Positions 45,403 through 54,952 of a DNA stretch of 64,000 nt are shown one piece after another. A program made the position numbers and the translations under genes. This stretch comes from a bacterium. Lineage in GTDB: Bacteria; Planctomycetota; UBA8108; UBA1146. The notes below the pieces were generated by a model that was given only the letters and a program-made list of their open reading frames with translations, was not told the DNA's origin and did no database searches. Numbering within the stretch: position 1 is the first letter of the stretch; every line of letters starts with the position of its first letter. The stretch lies in NCBI GenBank assembly GCA_029976805.1, contig JAPOLY010000004.1, positions 10,178-74,177 on the forward strand, written 5' to 3'.

Positions 45403-48231
45403 ATGGGTAATCAAGATAAAAACCCCGATCAAAATAGCCAAAAGTCGCGGAGTTCCCGACCGGAGCCCGTTCACTCCGGATTGCGCCCCTGGCTCGCCGC
45501 GGTCTTTGGTCTGTTTGCCCTGTTGGGAATCAACTCTTTCTACCTGTTGGCGGTCACGGTCGCTGAAAAGGTTCTCAAAAGTCAGTTCCAGGATTCTTTT
45601 TACCAGTGGATGTTCCTCGTCCATCTGGTTCTCGGTGTTTTGATCATTTTACCTTTTGTGGTTTTTGGCTTCTGGCACCTGAAGCGATCTTGGTCGCACC
45701 CCAACCGACGGGCAGTCAAAGCGGGTATGGGCCTTTTCATTGCCAGCTTGCTTCTCTTGATTTCAGGAGTACTGCTGACCCGGATTGAAGGAATTCTCGA
45801 GATCCGGTCCCCCGCCTGGAGAACCATCTTCTATGCCACTCATGTTGCTACACCGATGGTTACGATTTGGCTCTTTGTTCTCCACAGGCTTGCAGGAGTG
45901 CCGATTCGCTGGGCAGTCAGTTATCGCTGGAGCTTCGCTGGACTCTTGTTCGTCCTCCTGATGCTCGTCTGGCATCAGTACTCGGTCCCCCCCGGAATGA
46001 CGCCTGCTGCAGGAGACCAATATTTTGAGCCTTCACTTGCACGGACCAGTGACGGCAAGTTCATCGAGGCCCACCGACTGATGCGAGATGACTCTTGTCG
46101 AGAGTGCCACCCTGACGTTCATTCCCGTTGGTCCGAATCTGCACACCGATTCAGTTCATTCAACAACCCTGCTTATTTGGCAAGTGTCAAAAACACTCGT
46201 GATTTCCTCATGGAGAGGGATGGCGACGTCCATGCCTCCCGATTCTGTGCTGGCTGCCATGACCCGGTTCCATTCTTCAGTGGCGCATTTGATGATCCGG
46301 ACTTCGACATGGATAACCACCCCACTGCCCATGCCGCCATCACATGTACCGTCTGTCATGCCATTGAGTCTGTCCCGGGTCCGAGAGGAAATGGCGAATA
46401 TGTGATCGGACAGCCTGAGCTCTATCCGTTTGCCATGAGCGAGGACCCGCTTCTCAAATGGGTCAATCGTCAACTGATCAAGGCCAAGCCTGCGTTCCAC
46501 AAAAAAACCTACCTCAAGCCTCTGCACGAACAGGCAGAGTTTTGCGGCTCGTGCCACAAGGTTCATATCCCCGAAGAACTCAATCATTACAAATGGCTCC
46601 GAGGGCAGAACCACTACGATTCGTGGCTTCTCAGCGGGGTCAGTGGGCACGGCGTCGCTTCCTTCTATTACCCCGCGCAGGCTGAGAACGATTGCAATGG
46701 CTGTCACATGCCGGCGATGCCCAGTACCGATTTTGGTGCAAAAGACATCACCGGTACGGGAATCCTTTCTGTGCATGACCACCTGTTCCCGGGAGCCAAT
46801 ACGGCAATGCGAGCCATGGTCGGGACCAGTGAATCTTCTCTGGAAGTGCATCGGAAGTTCCTCGAAGGCTCTATCGACGTCGATATCTTCGGCATTCGCC
46901 GTGGAGACGATGTGGATGCTCCCCTTGAGGCCCCGATTCATCCGAGGGTTCCTGCAATCGAGCCTGGCGAAACCATCCTTGTGCAAACAGTCCTGCGAAC
47001 GATGGGAATGGGTCACCATTTCACCGAGGGGACCGCCGACTCCAATCAGACCTGGGTCTCTATGGAAGTCTTTTTGGACGGCGAACCGATCGCTTCCAGC
47101 GGGCTTCTTGATGAAAAGGGAGTTCTGGACCCCTGGTCCCACATGATGAACGCCCTTGTTCTTGACCGGGAAGGGAATCGGATCCACGAGCGCAATGTCG
47201 AAGACATCTTTATTGCGCTCTACAACCACCAGATTCCTCCGGGCGCGGCGGATTCTCTCCACTATCGCCTCGACGTTCCGAATGCACCGGGATCAAAGTT
47301 GACGGTACGAGCCAAAGCCCTCTACAGAAAATTTGACACTCACTTCCTGAGCCTGTTCATGGATGGTGAGCGAAATGATCTTCCTGTGGTGACATTGGGT
47401 GAGGACGAAGTGACCTTTGTCATCGGTGGCCCCGAAGTCGAGATCGATATCGAGGAGAGCAAGCCCACCTGGATGCGCTGGAATGATTATGGAATCGGCA
47501 TGCTCCGCAAGGGATCCAAAGGCGCAGTTCGAGGAGAGTTGGTGACGGCCATCTCTGCCTTCGAGGAGGTGACTCGCCTCGGACGACCTGATGGGGCCAT
47601 GAACAAGGCAAGAGCACTGATCAAGGCGGGAAGACTGGATGAAGCGGCCCTGTCTCTGGACAAAGCCGCTCAGCACGATCCTCCTCCCCCACCCTGGAGC
47701 CTTGATTGGTTTGGCAGCCTTGTGAACCGGGAAAACGGTTACTACGACGCCGCCCTGACCACCCTTCTGCGTCTCTACGAAACCCGTTATCCGGGTGCTG
47801 CGGAGAGAGGCTTTGATTTTTCCAGAGACGTGCGGTTGCTCAATGAACTGGGAACGGTCTGCTTTGCCATCGCCCGTCAAAGAGAAGAAGGCAAATCGGA
47901 AAATCTCCAGATCGCCCTCAACTGGTTCGACAAGGTCTTGGTAGAAGACCCGGAAAATACCTCCGCTCATTGGAATCTTGCCCAGATCCACGACCTGTTG
48001 GCGCTGGATCAAAATCAGGGCGCCGATTCCCCATCCGATTCGGTCGACCACGCTGCCAAGGCCAATTTCCACAGAAGCGAGCACTCTCGATACAAAGTCG
48101 ACGACAATGCCCGGGATGTTGCCGTTTCCGCCCACCGGTCCAATAATCCACCCGCAAATGCCTCAGCCGAAGCGATTGTGATTTACCCTCTTCAGCCGAT
48201 AGAATCCGGTGAAGAAGAGGGCAAGAAGTAA
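45403..48231 (+). CDS. membrane-anchored pentaheme c-type cytochrome with C-terminal TPR region
   Basis: 942 aa. About 4 N-terminal TM helices. Five CxxCH motifs (CRECH, CAGCH, CTVCH, CGSCH, CNGCH). C-terminal TPR-like repeats. Confidence 0.75.
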   Translation: MGNQDKNPDQNSQKSRSSRPEPVHSGLRPWLAAVFGLFALLGINSFYLLAVTVAEKVLKSQFQDSFYQWMFLVHLVLGVLIILPFVVFGFWHLKRSWSHPNRRAVKAGMGLFIASLLLLISGVLLTRIEGILEIRSPAWRTIFYATHVATPMVTIWLFVLHRLAGVPIRWAVSYRWSFAGLLFVLLMLVWHQYSVPPGMTPAAGDQYFEPSLARTSDGKFIEAHRLMRDDSCRECHPDVHSRWSESAHRFSSFNNPAYLASVKNTRDFLMERDGDVHASRFCAGCHDPVPFFSGAFDDPDFDMDNHPTAHAAITCTVCHAIESVPGPRGNGEYVIGQPELYPFAMSEDPLLKWVNRQLIKAKPAFHKKTYLKPLHEQAEFCGSCHKVHIPEELNHYKWLRGQNHYDSWLLSGVSGHGVASFYYPAQAENDCNGCHMPAMPSTDFGAKDITGTGILSVHDHLFPGANTAMRAMVGTSESSLEVHRKFLEGSIDVDIFGIRRGDDVDAPLEAPIHPRVPAIEPGETILVQTVLRTMGMGHHFTEGTADSNQTWVSMEVFLDGEPIASSGLLDEKGVLDPWSHMMNALVLDREGNRIHERNVEDIFIALYNHQIPPGAADSLHYRLDVPNAPGSKLTVRAKALYRKFDTHFLSLFMDGERNDLPVVTLGEDEVTFVIGGPEVEIDIEESKPTWMRWNDYGIGMLRKGSKGAVRGELVTAISAFEEVTRLGRPDGAMNKARALIKAGRLDEAALSLDKAAQHDPPPPPWSLDWFGSLVNRENGYYDAALTTLLRLYETRYPGAAERGFDFSRDVRLLNELGTVCFAIARQREEGKSENLQIALNWFDKVLVEDPENTSAHWNLAQIHDLLALDQNQGADSPSDSVDHAAKANFHRSEHSRYKVDDNARDVAVSAHRSNNPPANASAEAIVIYPLQPIESGEEEGKK

Positions 48232-50045
48232 TGACCGATCCTTCCAATATTCCAGACTCTCCTGATCCCGAAAATCAGGACGACGAAGTCATTGGGCATG
48301 CATTCCAAAAAAGTATTCGAATCCTTGGAGTCCTTGCTCTTCTCGCAGCCGGATTCTGGTTTTTGTCTAACTACGAGCCTTCCGCAGAACCGGTCGAATC
48401 TGGACCCGAAGTACCGATCCGGCCCAGAGGTCATGACGGAACAGTCAGCGCTCCCCCTCTCCCTTTCAAAGACATCACTCTCAATGCAGGCATCGATTTC
48501 ACCCACGACGATGGAGCCCGAGGCAAAAAGTTGCTCCCCGAAACGATGGGAAGCGGCTGCGCATTTGTCGACGTCGACTCCGATGGGGACAGTGATATCC
48601 TTCTCGCCAGTGGCCGTCCGTGGAAATGGACCAGCGAAAAACCTGCGAATTCCACACTTCGATTGTGGCTGAACGACGGTAACGGTCAATTTGTCGAAGC
48701 CAGCCGGGAATGGCGACTCGAGATCGACGCTTACTGCACAGGATTGGCCGTGGGTGACATCGACGGTGACGGAGATCAGGATGTTTTCGTCGCGGCAGTG
48801 GGCTCGGACCTGCTCCTGATGAATCAGGGGGACCACTTCAGTGTTGCAGATCAAGCTGGAGTTTCCGGAGGCCCCGACGCCTGGTCGAGCAGTGCAGGCT
48901 TCTTCGATGCGGATGCTGATGGAGATCTGGATCTTTTTGTTTGCCAGTATGTTCAATGGTCTCCAGAGAAAGACCTCGAAGTCGATTATCGACTCACTGG
49001 TGTTGGCAGGGCCTATGGCCCCCCCACCAACTTTGAGGGAAGTCCGTGCCGCCTTCACCTCAACGATGGTTCCGGAACCTTTAAAGATTTCAGCGTTCAG
49101 GCAGGACTGCAGACTCCGGATCTCTCCAAGGCGACCAAAGCTCTTGCGATGTTGACGACTGACTTCGACCGCGACGGCGACATCGATGTCATCGTCGCCA
49201 ATGACACCACACGAAACTTTGTATTCAGAAACGATGGGCAGGCCCGTTTCGAAGAAGTCGGAGTCGAATGTGGATTGGCATACGACGCCAATGGATCTGC
49301 AACGGGAGCAATGGGACTGGACCTTTGCGATTACCGTAATGATGGCGGATTGGGAATTGCCGTAGCCAACTTTTCGGCAGAGATGACGGGTCTGTATCGC
49401 TCGATGCCCGCTTCGGAGCTTTTTATCGACGAATCGGTGAATGAAGGGATTGGTCCCCCCAGTCGAAAGGCACTTTCCTTTGGACTGCTCTTTTTTGATG
49501 TCGATCTGGATGGTCGCCAGGATCTCATTCAGGCCAACGGGCATCTCGAGGAAGAGATTGCCACAGTTCAACCGGGCCAAGAATACCGACAGCAGGCACA
49601 ACTTTTCTGGAATCGTGGTCCCGGTGCTGGTTGCTATGTGGAGGTTGCTGGAGAAAAGACCGGTGATCTGTCGATTCCGGCGATTGGCCGGGGCCTCGCC
49701 AGTGCAGACATCGATGGGGATGGTGACTTGGACCTTCTGTTGACCCAGGTGGGTGAACCGGTCCGTCTGCTCAGAAACGATCAAGGGACGGGACACCAAT
49801 GGATTCGCATCCGCACTGAAGGAATCTCGCCCGGCAGTTGGATTGAATGTCGTCAGGGAGAATCAGTCCAAAGGCAAATGATCGGGACAACCCGCTCTTA
49901 TCTGAGCCAGTGCGAAGCAGTGGCCACCTTTGGGCTGGGGAAATCCACAGAAATCCCCGTTATCACTGTTCTTGAGCAGGGAAAATCTGCCTACACCTTT
50001 GAGCCCGAGGGATTGAATCGCACTATTTCAATACCCGTCAAGTGA
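48231..50045 (+). CDS. ASPIC/UnbV-CRTAC1-like FG-GAP repeat protein
   Basis: 604 aa. ATG overlaps the TAA of the cytochrome gene (TAATG). Repeated Ca-binding FG-GAP motifs (DVDSDGDSDILL, DIDGDGDQDVFV, DADADGDLDLFV, DFDRDGDIDVIV, DIDGDGDLDLLL). Confidence 0.8.
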   Translation: MTDPSNIPDSPDPENQDDEVIGHAFQKSIRILGVLALLAAGFWFLSNYEPSAEPVESGPEVPIRPRGHDGTVSAPPLPFKDITLNAGIDFTHDDGARGKKLLPETMGSGCAFVDVDSDGDSDILLASGRPWKWTSEKPANSTLRLWLNDGNGQFVEASREWRLEIDAYCTGLAVGDIDGDGDQDVFVAAVGSDLLLMNQGDHFSVADQAGVSGGPDAWSSSAGFFDADADGDLDLFVCQYVQWSPEKDLEVDYRLTGVGRAYGPPTNFEGSPCRLHLNDGSGTFKDFSVQAGLQTPDLSKATKALAMLTTDFDRDGDIDVIVANDTTRNFVFRNDGQARFEEVGVECGLAYDANGSATGAMGLDLCDYRNDGGLGIAVANFSAEMTGLYRSMPASELFIDESVNEGIGPPSRKALSFGLLFFDVDLDGRQDLIQANGHLEEEIATVQPGQEYRQQAQLFWNRGPGAGCYVEVAGEKTGDLSIPAIGRGLASADIDGDGDLDLLLTQVGEPVRLLRNDQGTGHQWIRIRTEGISPGSWIECRQGESVQRQMIGTTRSYLSQCEAVATFGLGKSTEIPVITVLEQGKSAYTFEPEGLNRTISIPVK

Positions 50046-50177
50046 CTCCCACTTGTCATTTGTGTATCTGGTAACGCTCAAACTTCCGATACAAAGTCAT
50101 CCAGTATGGCAATGCTATAAATGAAACGGGGTCAGTCCCCTGCAAATTCAGAACATTCGCTTATTGGGGGATATGAT

Positions 50178-50999
50178 ATGAGTTTCCGAACGATCTCATG
50201 GTTGATTCTTGTAATTGCATTCCTGACAACAAATCTCGATGCTCAGGTGGCCGGACTGGAAATCGTCGGTGGTGAAGGATACGCCGAAACAACGATTACA
50301 GCCCAGATTCTCTTCTCAACCGATCTTCCCACCCATGGTTTCAGCCTTGGTGTTTCCCACGACCCTGCGATTCTGTCCGTTGAATCCCTCGCGAATGTTC
50401 AGGCCGGAGCACTCCTTCAGGCATTAAATGGGAATTCAGGTCCCGACTTCTTTGAAGTCAACATCGCTCCTGTTGGCGGGACAGGGATCACCGTCGCTTG
50501 CATTACCGATCTGTTCAGCCCCTTCGACCTGTTACCCATGATGACCTCCGAACCCCTGATCCAGATCGATTACCTGATTCTTCCGGCTGCTCCAGTGGGC
50601 ACTCTTTCACCCTTGACCCTGACTTCCGATTTGGGCAGCCCACCCGTGCAAACCGTCATGGTCCTTGAGTTGGCAGAGGTGACCCCCACGATGGCTTCCG
50701 GATCTATCCTGATTACGGAACCTCTCTTTATCCGCGGGGACCTGAATCAGAATGGCAGCGTCAGCCTTCTCGATGGAGTTCTCCTCCTGTACCGGGTTTC
50801 TGGGCTCGAGCCCCCCGGCAGCTGTCGTGACGCCGACGATATCAATGACGATGGAGTCTTGACGATCGGGGATGCGGTCTACCTCTTTCAGTACATGTTC
50901 ACGGGTGGTGCACCGATCCCGGGATCAGATGGGACTTGCAATCCGGATCTGACCAATGACGATCCCCTCGATTGCGCTGATTTCCTGATCTGCGACTGA
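50178..50999 (+). CDS. secreted protein with C-terminal dockerin repeat pair and Cys-rich tail; paralog of the 4861..6204 gene
   Basis: ORF 50121..50999 trimmed to MSFRTISWLILVIAFLTTNLDAQ. Shares GFSLGVSHDPAILSVESL and SDLGSPPVQTVMVL blocks with the 4861 gene. C-term DLNQNGSVSLLDGVLLLYRV + DINDDGVLTIGDAVYLFQYMF, then GSDGTCNPD...DCADFLIC. Confidence 0.65.
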   Translation: MSFRTISWLILVIAFLTTNLDAQVAGLEIVGGEGYAETTITAQILFSTDLPTHGFSLGVSHDPAILSVESLANVQAGALLQALNGNSGPDFFEVNIAPVGGTGITVACITDLFSPFDLLPMMTSEPLIQIDYLILPAAPVGTLSPLTLTSDLGSPPVQTVMVLELAEVTPTMASGSILITEPLFIRGDLNQNGSVSLLDGVLLLYRVSGLEPPGSCRDADDINDDGVLTIGDAVYLFQYMFTGGAPIPGSDGTCNPDLTNDDPLDCADFLICD

Positions 51000-51118
51000 T
51001 CCGTCGGCTCAAGCCGCAACGCTTCCGAAATCCTGACCACTTCTTCTGTGATTTATTCACTGTCAGCGGGTATTCTGCCTCTGCTTGATCAGGAAACCCG
51101 TTTCATTCAGGGGGCAGC

Positions 51119-51604
51119 TTGGGCACCATAATTCCCAGATATCAACCCAATGCACCGCTCCCAGGTGTTCCCTATTGGCCAGGAGTGAATCAAAAAGACT
51201 CCGATTTTCATATCCTGCCGAGGCAGTCCCCCGGTCCATGGAATAAAGATCACAGTTACCTCCACGGAGTCGACCTCTTCAATCATGGTTGTTACTGGGA
51301 AGCCCATGAAGCCTGGGAGGACCTGTGGCTTCCTCTCGAAAATGAAGACCCCCTGCGAATCTTTACCCAGGGATTGATCCAGGCGAGCGCTGCACTGTTG
51401 AAAATTCGTCTTCAACAACCGCGCCCCGCCAACTCGATTTGGGGCAGGGGGAAGTCCAGACTCGTTTTGATCGACTCTCAACAGGAGGACACTCATTACC
51501 GGGGGATCCACATCCAGAAATTCTGTCACGTGATTGACCAGATCATAGAAAACGAGAACCCCCAATTTCCCTCGCCCCTGATCCGACTCGAGGAGTTGGA
51601 TTAA
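51119..51604 (+). CDS. DUF309 domain protein
   Basis: 161 aa (TTG start). Conserved DUF309 core FNHGCYWEAHEAWEDLWL. Confidence 0.7.
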   Translation: MGTIIPRYQPNAPLPGVPYWPGVNQKDSDFHILPRQSPGPWNKDHSYLHGVDLFNHGCYWEAHEAWEDLWLPLENEDPLRIFTQGLIQASAALLKIRLQQPRPANSIWGRGKSRLVLIDSQQEDTHYRGIHIQKFCHVIDQIIENENPQFPSPLIRLEELD

Positions 51605-52308
51605 TGCTTCCAAAGATTCTTCATCAAACGGAACAAGCGGTCTATGCAAGCAAGCCTTCGGGCATGTTCGTTCACCCTACCGATGAGCAACGAGGCAGTG
51701 GAGAGACGCTTTTGACATGGATTCGCGATCGAGTCGGTCAATTCGTCTACCCCGTTCACCGAATCGATCGTGCTTCATCCGGAATCGTATGTATGGGAAT
51801 GAGTTCGGAGTCCGCAGCCGGATTGCAATCGTTGATCCAGGAACCTCAGGCCATCAAGAGTTACCTCGTACTGGTCAGAGGCGATACAGAGCCCGATTTT
51901 GAATGTGACCTGCCACTCTCGAGAAAAAAGAAAGAACCCCCTGTCCCTGCCTTGACCCGCTTTCGCAAGATCATGGGGAAAAATGGTTTCAGCCTTCTTG
52001 AAGCCCGAATTGAAACAGGGAGAAGGCATCAGATTCGCAGGCACCTCGCACGTCTCGGTCATCAAGTGGTCGGAGACAGCACCTACGGTAAAGGCCGTAT
52101 CAATGAAAGCTTGCGGAGAGACCACGGCCTTCCAAGACTCTTCCTTCACGCTTATCTTCTCGACCACCCCGGAGGAACTTCTTCCATTGCTGAGCATCGA
52201 CAGGTCGATCCTCTCCCTGCAGACCTTCTCGTCTTCCTGAGACTGCTCTTCGGTGAGCCTCAGCTGCTTCCTGGTGGTTTTCTGGAAGAGGCTGGCGAGA
52301 CGTGCTGA
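51604..52308 (+). CDS. RluA-family pseudouridine synthase (TruC/RluA-like)
   Basis: 234 aa. Catalytic HRIDRASSGIV motif and GRRHQIRRHLARLGHQVVGD. ATG overlaps the upstream stop (TAATG). Confidence 0.8.
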   Translation: MLPKILHQTEQAVYASKPSGMFVHPTDEQRGSGETLLTWIRDRVGQFVYPVHRIDRASSGIVCMGMSSESAAGLQSLIQEPQAIKSYLVLVRGDTEPDFECDLPLSRKKKEPPVPALTRFRKIMGKNGFSLLEARIETGRRHQIRRHLARLGHQVVGDSTYGKGRINESLRRDHGLPRLFLHAYLLDHPGGTSSIAEHRQVDPLPADLLVFLRLLFGEPQLLPGGFLEEAGETC

Positions 52309-53858
52309 ACCGTGACCACTCTCTGATCTATTGGATTTGGGGGGTTCCCCTCGCGGTCTTGATTCTCCGCAGCCTCTTTCAAGGCTTTCTCTATCCATGG
52401 GAGCTGAGTGGAGATGAAGCCCAGTATTGGGATTGGTCACGACACCCTTCCCTTTCCTATTACACCAAGGGTCCGGGAGTGACCTGGTTGATCACGATCA
52501 CCACGTCCATCTTTGGTGACGGTATTTTCGGGATTCGTCTGGGAAGTTTTCTCTGTCATGGTATTGCCGGAGTCGCCGTCGGCAGCATTGCCGCCAAACT
52601 GTCGGACCAGCACCCCCCCACAGTTTTGACGACTGTGATCGGTTATCAATGCCTCTTCGGGTACCAGATCGGTGGCTCCCTGGTGACGGTGGACATGATG
52701 ATGGTCGCGGGCTGGTCCATCGCCACTCTCGGCACACTCCAAGTTCTGGAAAAAGCCGATGCAGGAAACTCTGTTCGCCATCCCCTCTGGATCATGGGTC
52801 TGGGTCTGGGTTTTGCGTTTCTTGCCAAATACACCGCTCTGCTGGGAGCGTTGGGTTTGGGAGTATCACTCTGGCTGCAACGATCACGATTGAACAATGC
52901 CAGGGGACTCCGCACGGGAATCGCAGGTGCCTGTGGATTTCTTCTCTTGGGAATGCTTCCTGTCATCCTTTGGAATGCTCAGCGTGGTTGGCCAACGATC
53001 GAGCACCTGTTGGGACACCTTCATGTCCCTGGCGGTGACAGCGGAACCACCTCATGGCTCGAGTATGATCCGATCTGGACTCTGAAGTATCTGGCACAAG
53101 TTCTCGGTCTCGCTGGCCCCCTGGTGGGTTGGATCATGCTGAGAAGCTTTTTCCTTCAAAACCCCGTCACTCCAAAACAATCGGGAATCATCTCGGTGTT
53201 GCGATGGAGTGCCCTGCCTTTGCTGGTCTTTTACCTGCTCATTTCCATCAAGGGGCCCACTGAGGGAAACTGGGCGGTCGGTGCCTACGCCCCTCTTCTT
53301 CCCCTCGGTGCATTCTGGCTCCAGCATGAATGCTCTGAATTCCAGAAGCGGATCTGGTGCATCCTGATCGGAATACGAGGCCTGTTGACGGGGATACTGT
53401 TGCTGACTTTGATCACCAGTGCTCCCACTCTCAACTCTTGGCTCAACTCTGCGGACCTGAAGGGGCTGCCGATTCACAGGATTTCAGGACACCAGCAGTT
53501 TGCAGACCAATTACACCGAAAAATGCAGGCTGAAGGTCTTTCTGAGGCCCCTGTCGTTTGCAACTACTACGACAAGACTGCACTGCTGGCCTACTATCTC
53601 CCTCTTCGGCCCGAAGTCTACTGCGCTTCTGTCGCACTCGGATCCCGACCTTCAGCGTATGATGATTTCACGACCACCCGGTTTCCTTCTTCCCGTTTTT
53701 CCGGCAGGCAGGTAATCCTGGTCGGAGCAGACCTCGTGTCTTGGGAGTTGGCCCTGCAACCGACAGAGATTCGGTCACTGGGTACACTGATTCAAAGAAA
53801 TCGACCCCGCGAAATCTTTGTGGCAAAGTTGGGCACTTCAGAAGGGAATCGCCCATGA
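52302..53858 (+). CDS. GT39/ArnT-like (PMT_2) membrane glycosyltransferase
   Basis: 518 aa, multi-TM. DE/acidic loop (SGDEAQYWDWSRHPSLSYYTKGPG) typical of the ArnT/PMT family. Overlaps the upstream gene by 7 nt. Confidence 0.8.
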   Translation: MLNRDHSLIYWIWGVPLAVLILRSLFQGFLYPWELSGDEAQYWDWSRHPSLSYYTKGPGVTWLITITTSIFGDGIFGIRLGSFLCHGIAGVAVGSIAAKLSDQHPPTVLTTVIGYQCLFGYQIGGSLVTVDMMMVAGWSIATLGTLQVLEKADAGNSVRHPLWIMGLGLGFAFLAKYTALLGALGLGVSLWLQRSRLNNARGLRTGIAGACGFLLLGMLPVILWNAQRGWPTIEHLLGHLHVPGGDSGTTSWLEYDPIWTLKYLAQVLGLAGPLVGWIMLRSFFLQNPVTPKQSGIISVLRWSALPLLVFYLLISIKGPTEGNWAVGAYAPLLPLGAFWLQHECSEFQKRIWCILIGIRGLLTGILLLTLITSAPTLNSWLNSADLKGLPIHRISGHQQFADQLHRKMQAEGLSEAPVVCNYYDKTALLAYYLPLRPEVYCASVALGSRPSAYDDFTTTRFPSSRFSGRQVILVGADLVSWELALQPTEIRSLGTLIQRNRPREIFVAKLGTSEGNRP

Positions 53859-54463
53859 ACTCACTGGACCCGGTCCCCCCGATTCCACGCTGGCCCTTCC
53901 TGATAGTGTTGATCTCGATCCCCCTGCTGACCCCCTTCGACAGTGGAATCATCTCGGCAATACCTGAAAACCCGGGACAGCAAAGAGGGGATCTGCTGGC
54001 CCTCTTCAGGATCCTCGGATACCTGCCGACCTGGGTGGGAGTCTCTCTCCTTCTGCTGGTCGCACAATCGAGTGCTAACAGGCCGAGACTGCCTTCTCAT
54101 ACCAAGAGTCTCCTGTTGACTCCAATGATCTCAGGGGCCTTCTCAGAAGCCTTGAAACCGATCTTCAGAAGACCTGATCCTGTACCCGGGATAACCGACA
54201 CGTGGCAAAGGGCCCCTTTTGGCCCTGAGTGGTGGGACGGCACCGATTTCTGCTTTCCCAGCGGCCACAGCGCAGTGGCATTCGGCGCTGCCATCGCCAT
54301 CAGCAGACATTGGCCAGGAACGACCCCTTGGATCTTTCTGGCAGCAGCAGGTTGCGCAGCGACTCGAATTCTCGAACACGGTCACTACCCCACTGACGTA
54401 CTCGCAAGCTTGCTGATTGCGCTTTGGGTGAGTCAAAAGCTGGAACCTGTCATTCGTGACTAA
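53855..54463 (+). CDS. PAP2 family phosphatase (lipid phosphatase)
   Basis: ORF 53741..54463 trimmed to MNSLDPVPP (ATGA overlap with GT39). PAP2 signature KxxxxxxRP...PSGHS...SRxxxxxHxxxD (FRRPDP...PSGHSAVAFG...SRHWPG..HYPTDV). Confidence 0.8.
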   Translation: MNSLDPVPPIPRWPFLIVLISIPLLTPFDSGIISAIPENPGQQRGDLLALFRILGYLPTWVGVSLLLLVAQSSANRPRLPSHTKSLLLTPMISGAFSEALKPIFRRPDPVPGITDTWQRAPFGPEWWDGTDFCFPSGHSAVAFGAAIAISRHWPGTTPWIFLAAAGCAATRILEHGHYPTDVLASLLIALWVSQKLEPVIRD

Positions 54464-54582
54464 ACTTACCTCTATCGCTGAGTTCTCCCTCAAACGAGTG
54501 CCAATCAAGTCCTTTGGAACAAAGGTATTCCGGACCCCGATAACCCAAGTACTTATTATCTGCAGGCGGTATATTTTGCCTT

Positions 54583-54927
54583 ATGGAAGAGTACAGAAAT
54601 CAAACACTACCGTTCGATCCTGTATTGGTCAGTGATTTGTTGCGCACCATGGCCCATCCCATGCGCCTGCGAATGCTTCAGTTGTTGATACTGAATCGTT
54701 ACAACGTGGGTGAACTCGCCAAGGTCTGCAAGATTCAAAATCACATGGCTTCCGAACACCTTCGATTGATGCAAAGGTCAGGATTACTCTCCAGTCAACG
54801 GGAAGGTCGCAAGATCTACTACACCGTGACGAATTCAGGAGTGATTGAACTTTTGCGTTGTATTGCAGGTTACGGAATCAAGGCCGAGACAAATTTCGAA
54901 CACGGAACCATTCCAGGGCAAGATTAA
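54583..54927 (+). CDS. ArsR/SmtB family transcriptional regulator
   Basis: 114 aa. Winged HTH (LRTMAHPMRLRMLQLLILNRYNVGELAKVCKIQNHMASEHLRLMQRSGLL). Confidence 0.8.
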   Translation: MEEYRNQTLPFDPVLVSDLLRTMAHPMRLRMLQLLILNRYNVGELAKVCKIQNHMASEHLRLMQRSGLLSSQREGRKIYYTVTNSGVIELLRCIAGYGIKAETNFEHGTIPGQD

Positions 54928-54952
54928 TCCTCAGTTCGTGTCATCAGCCCGG

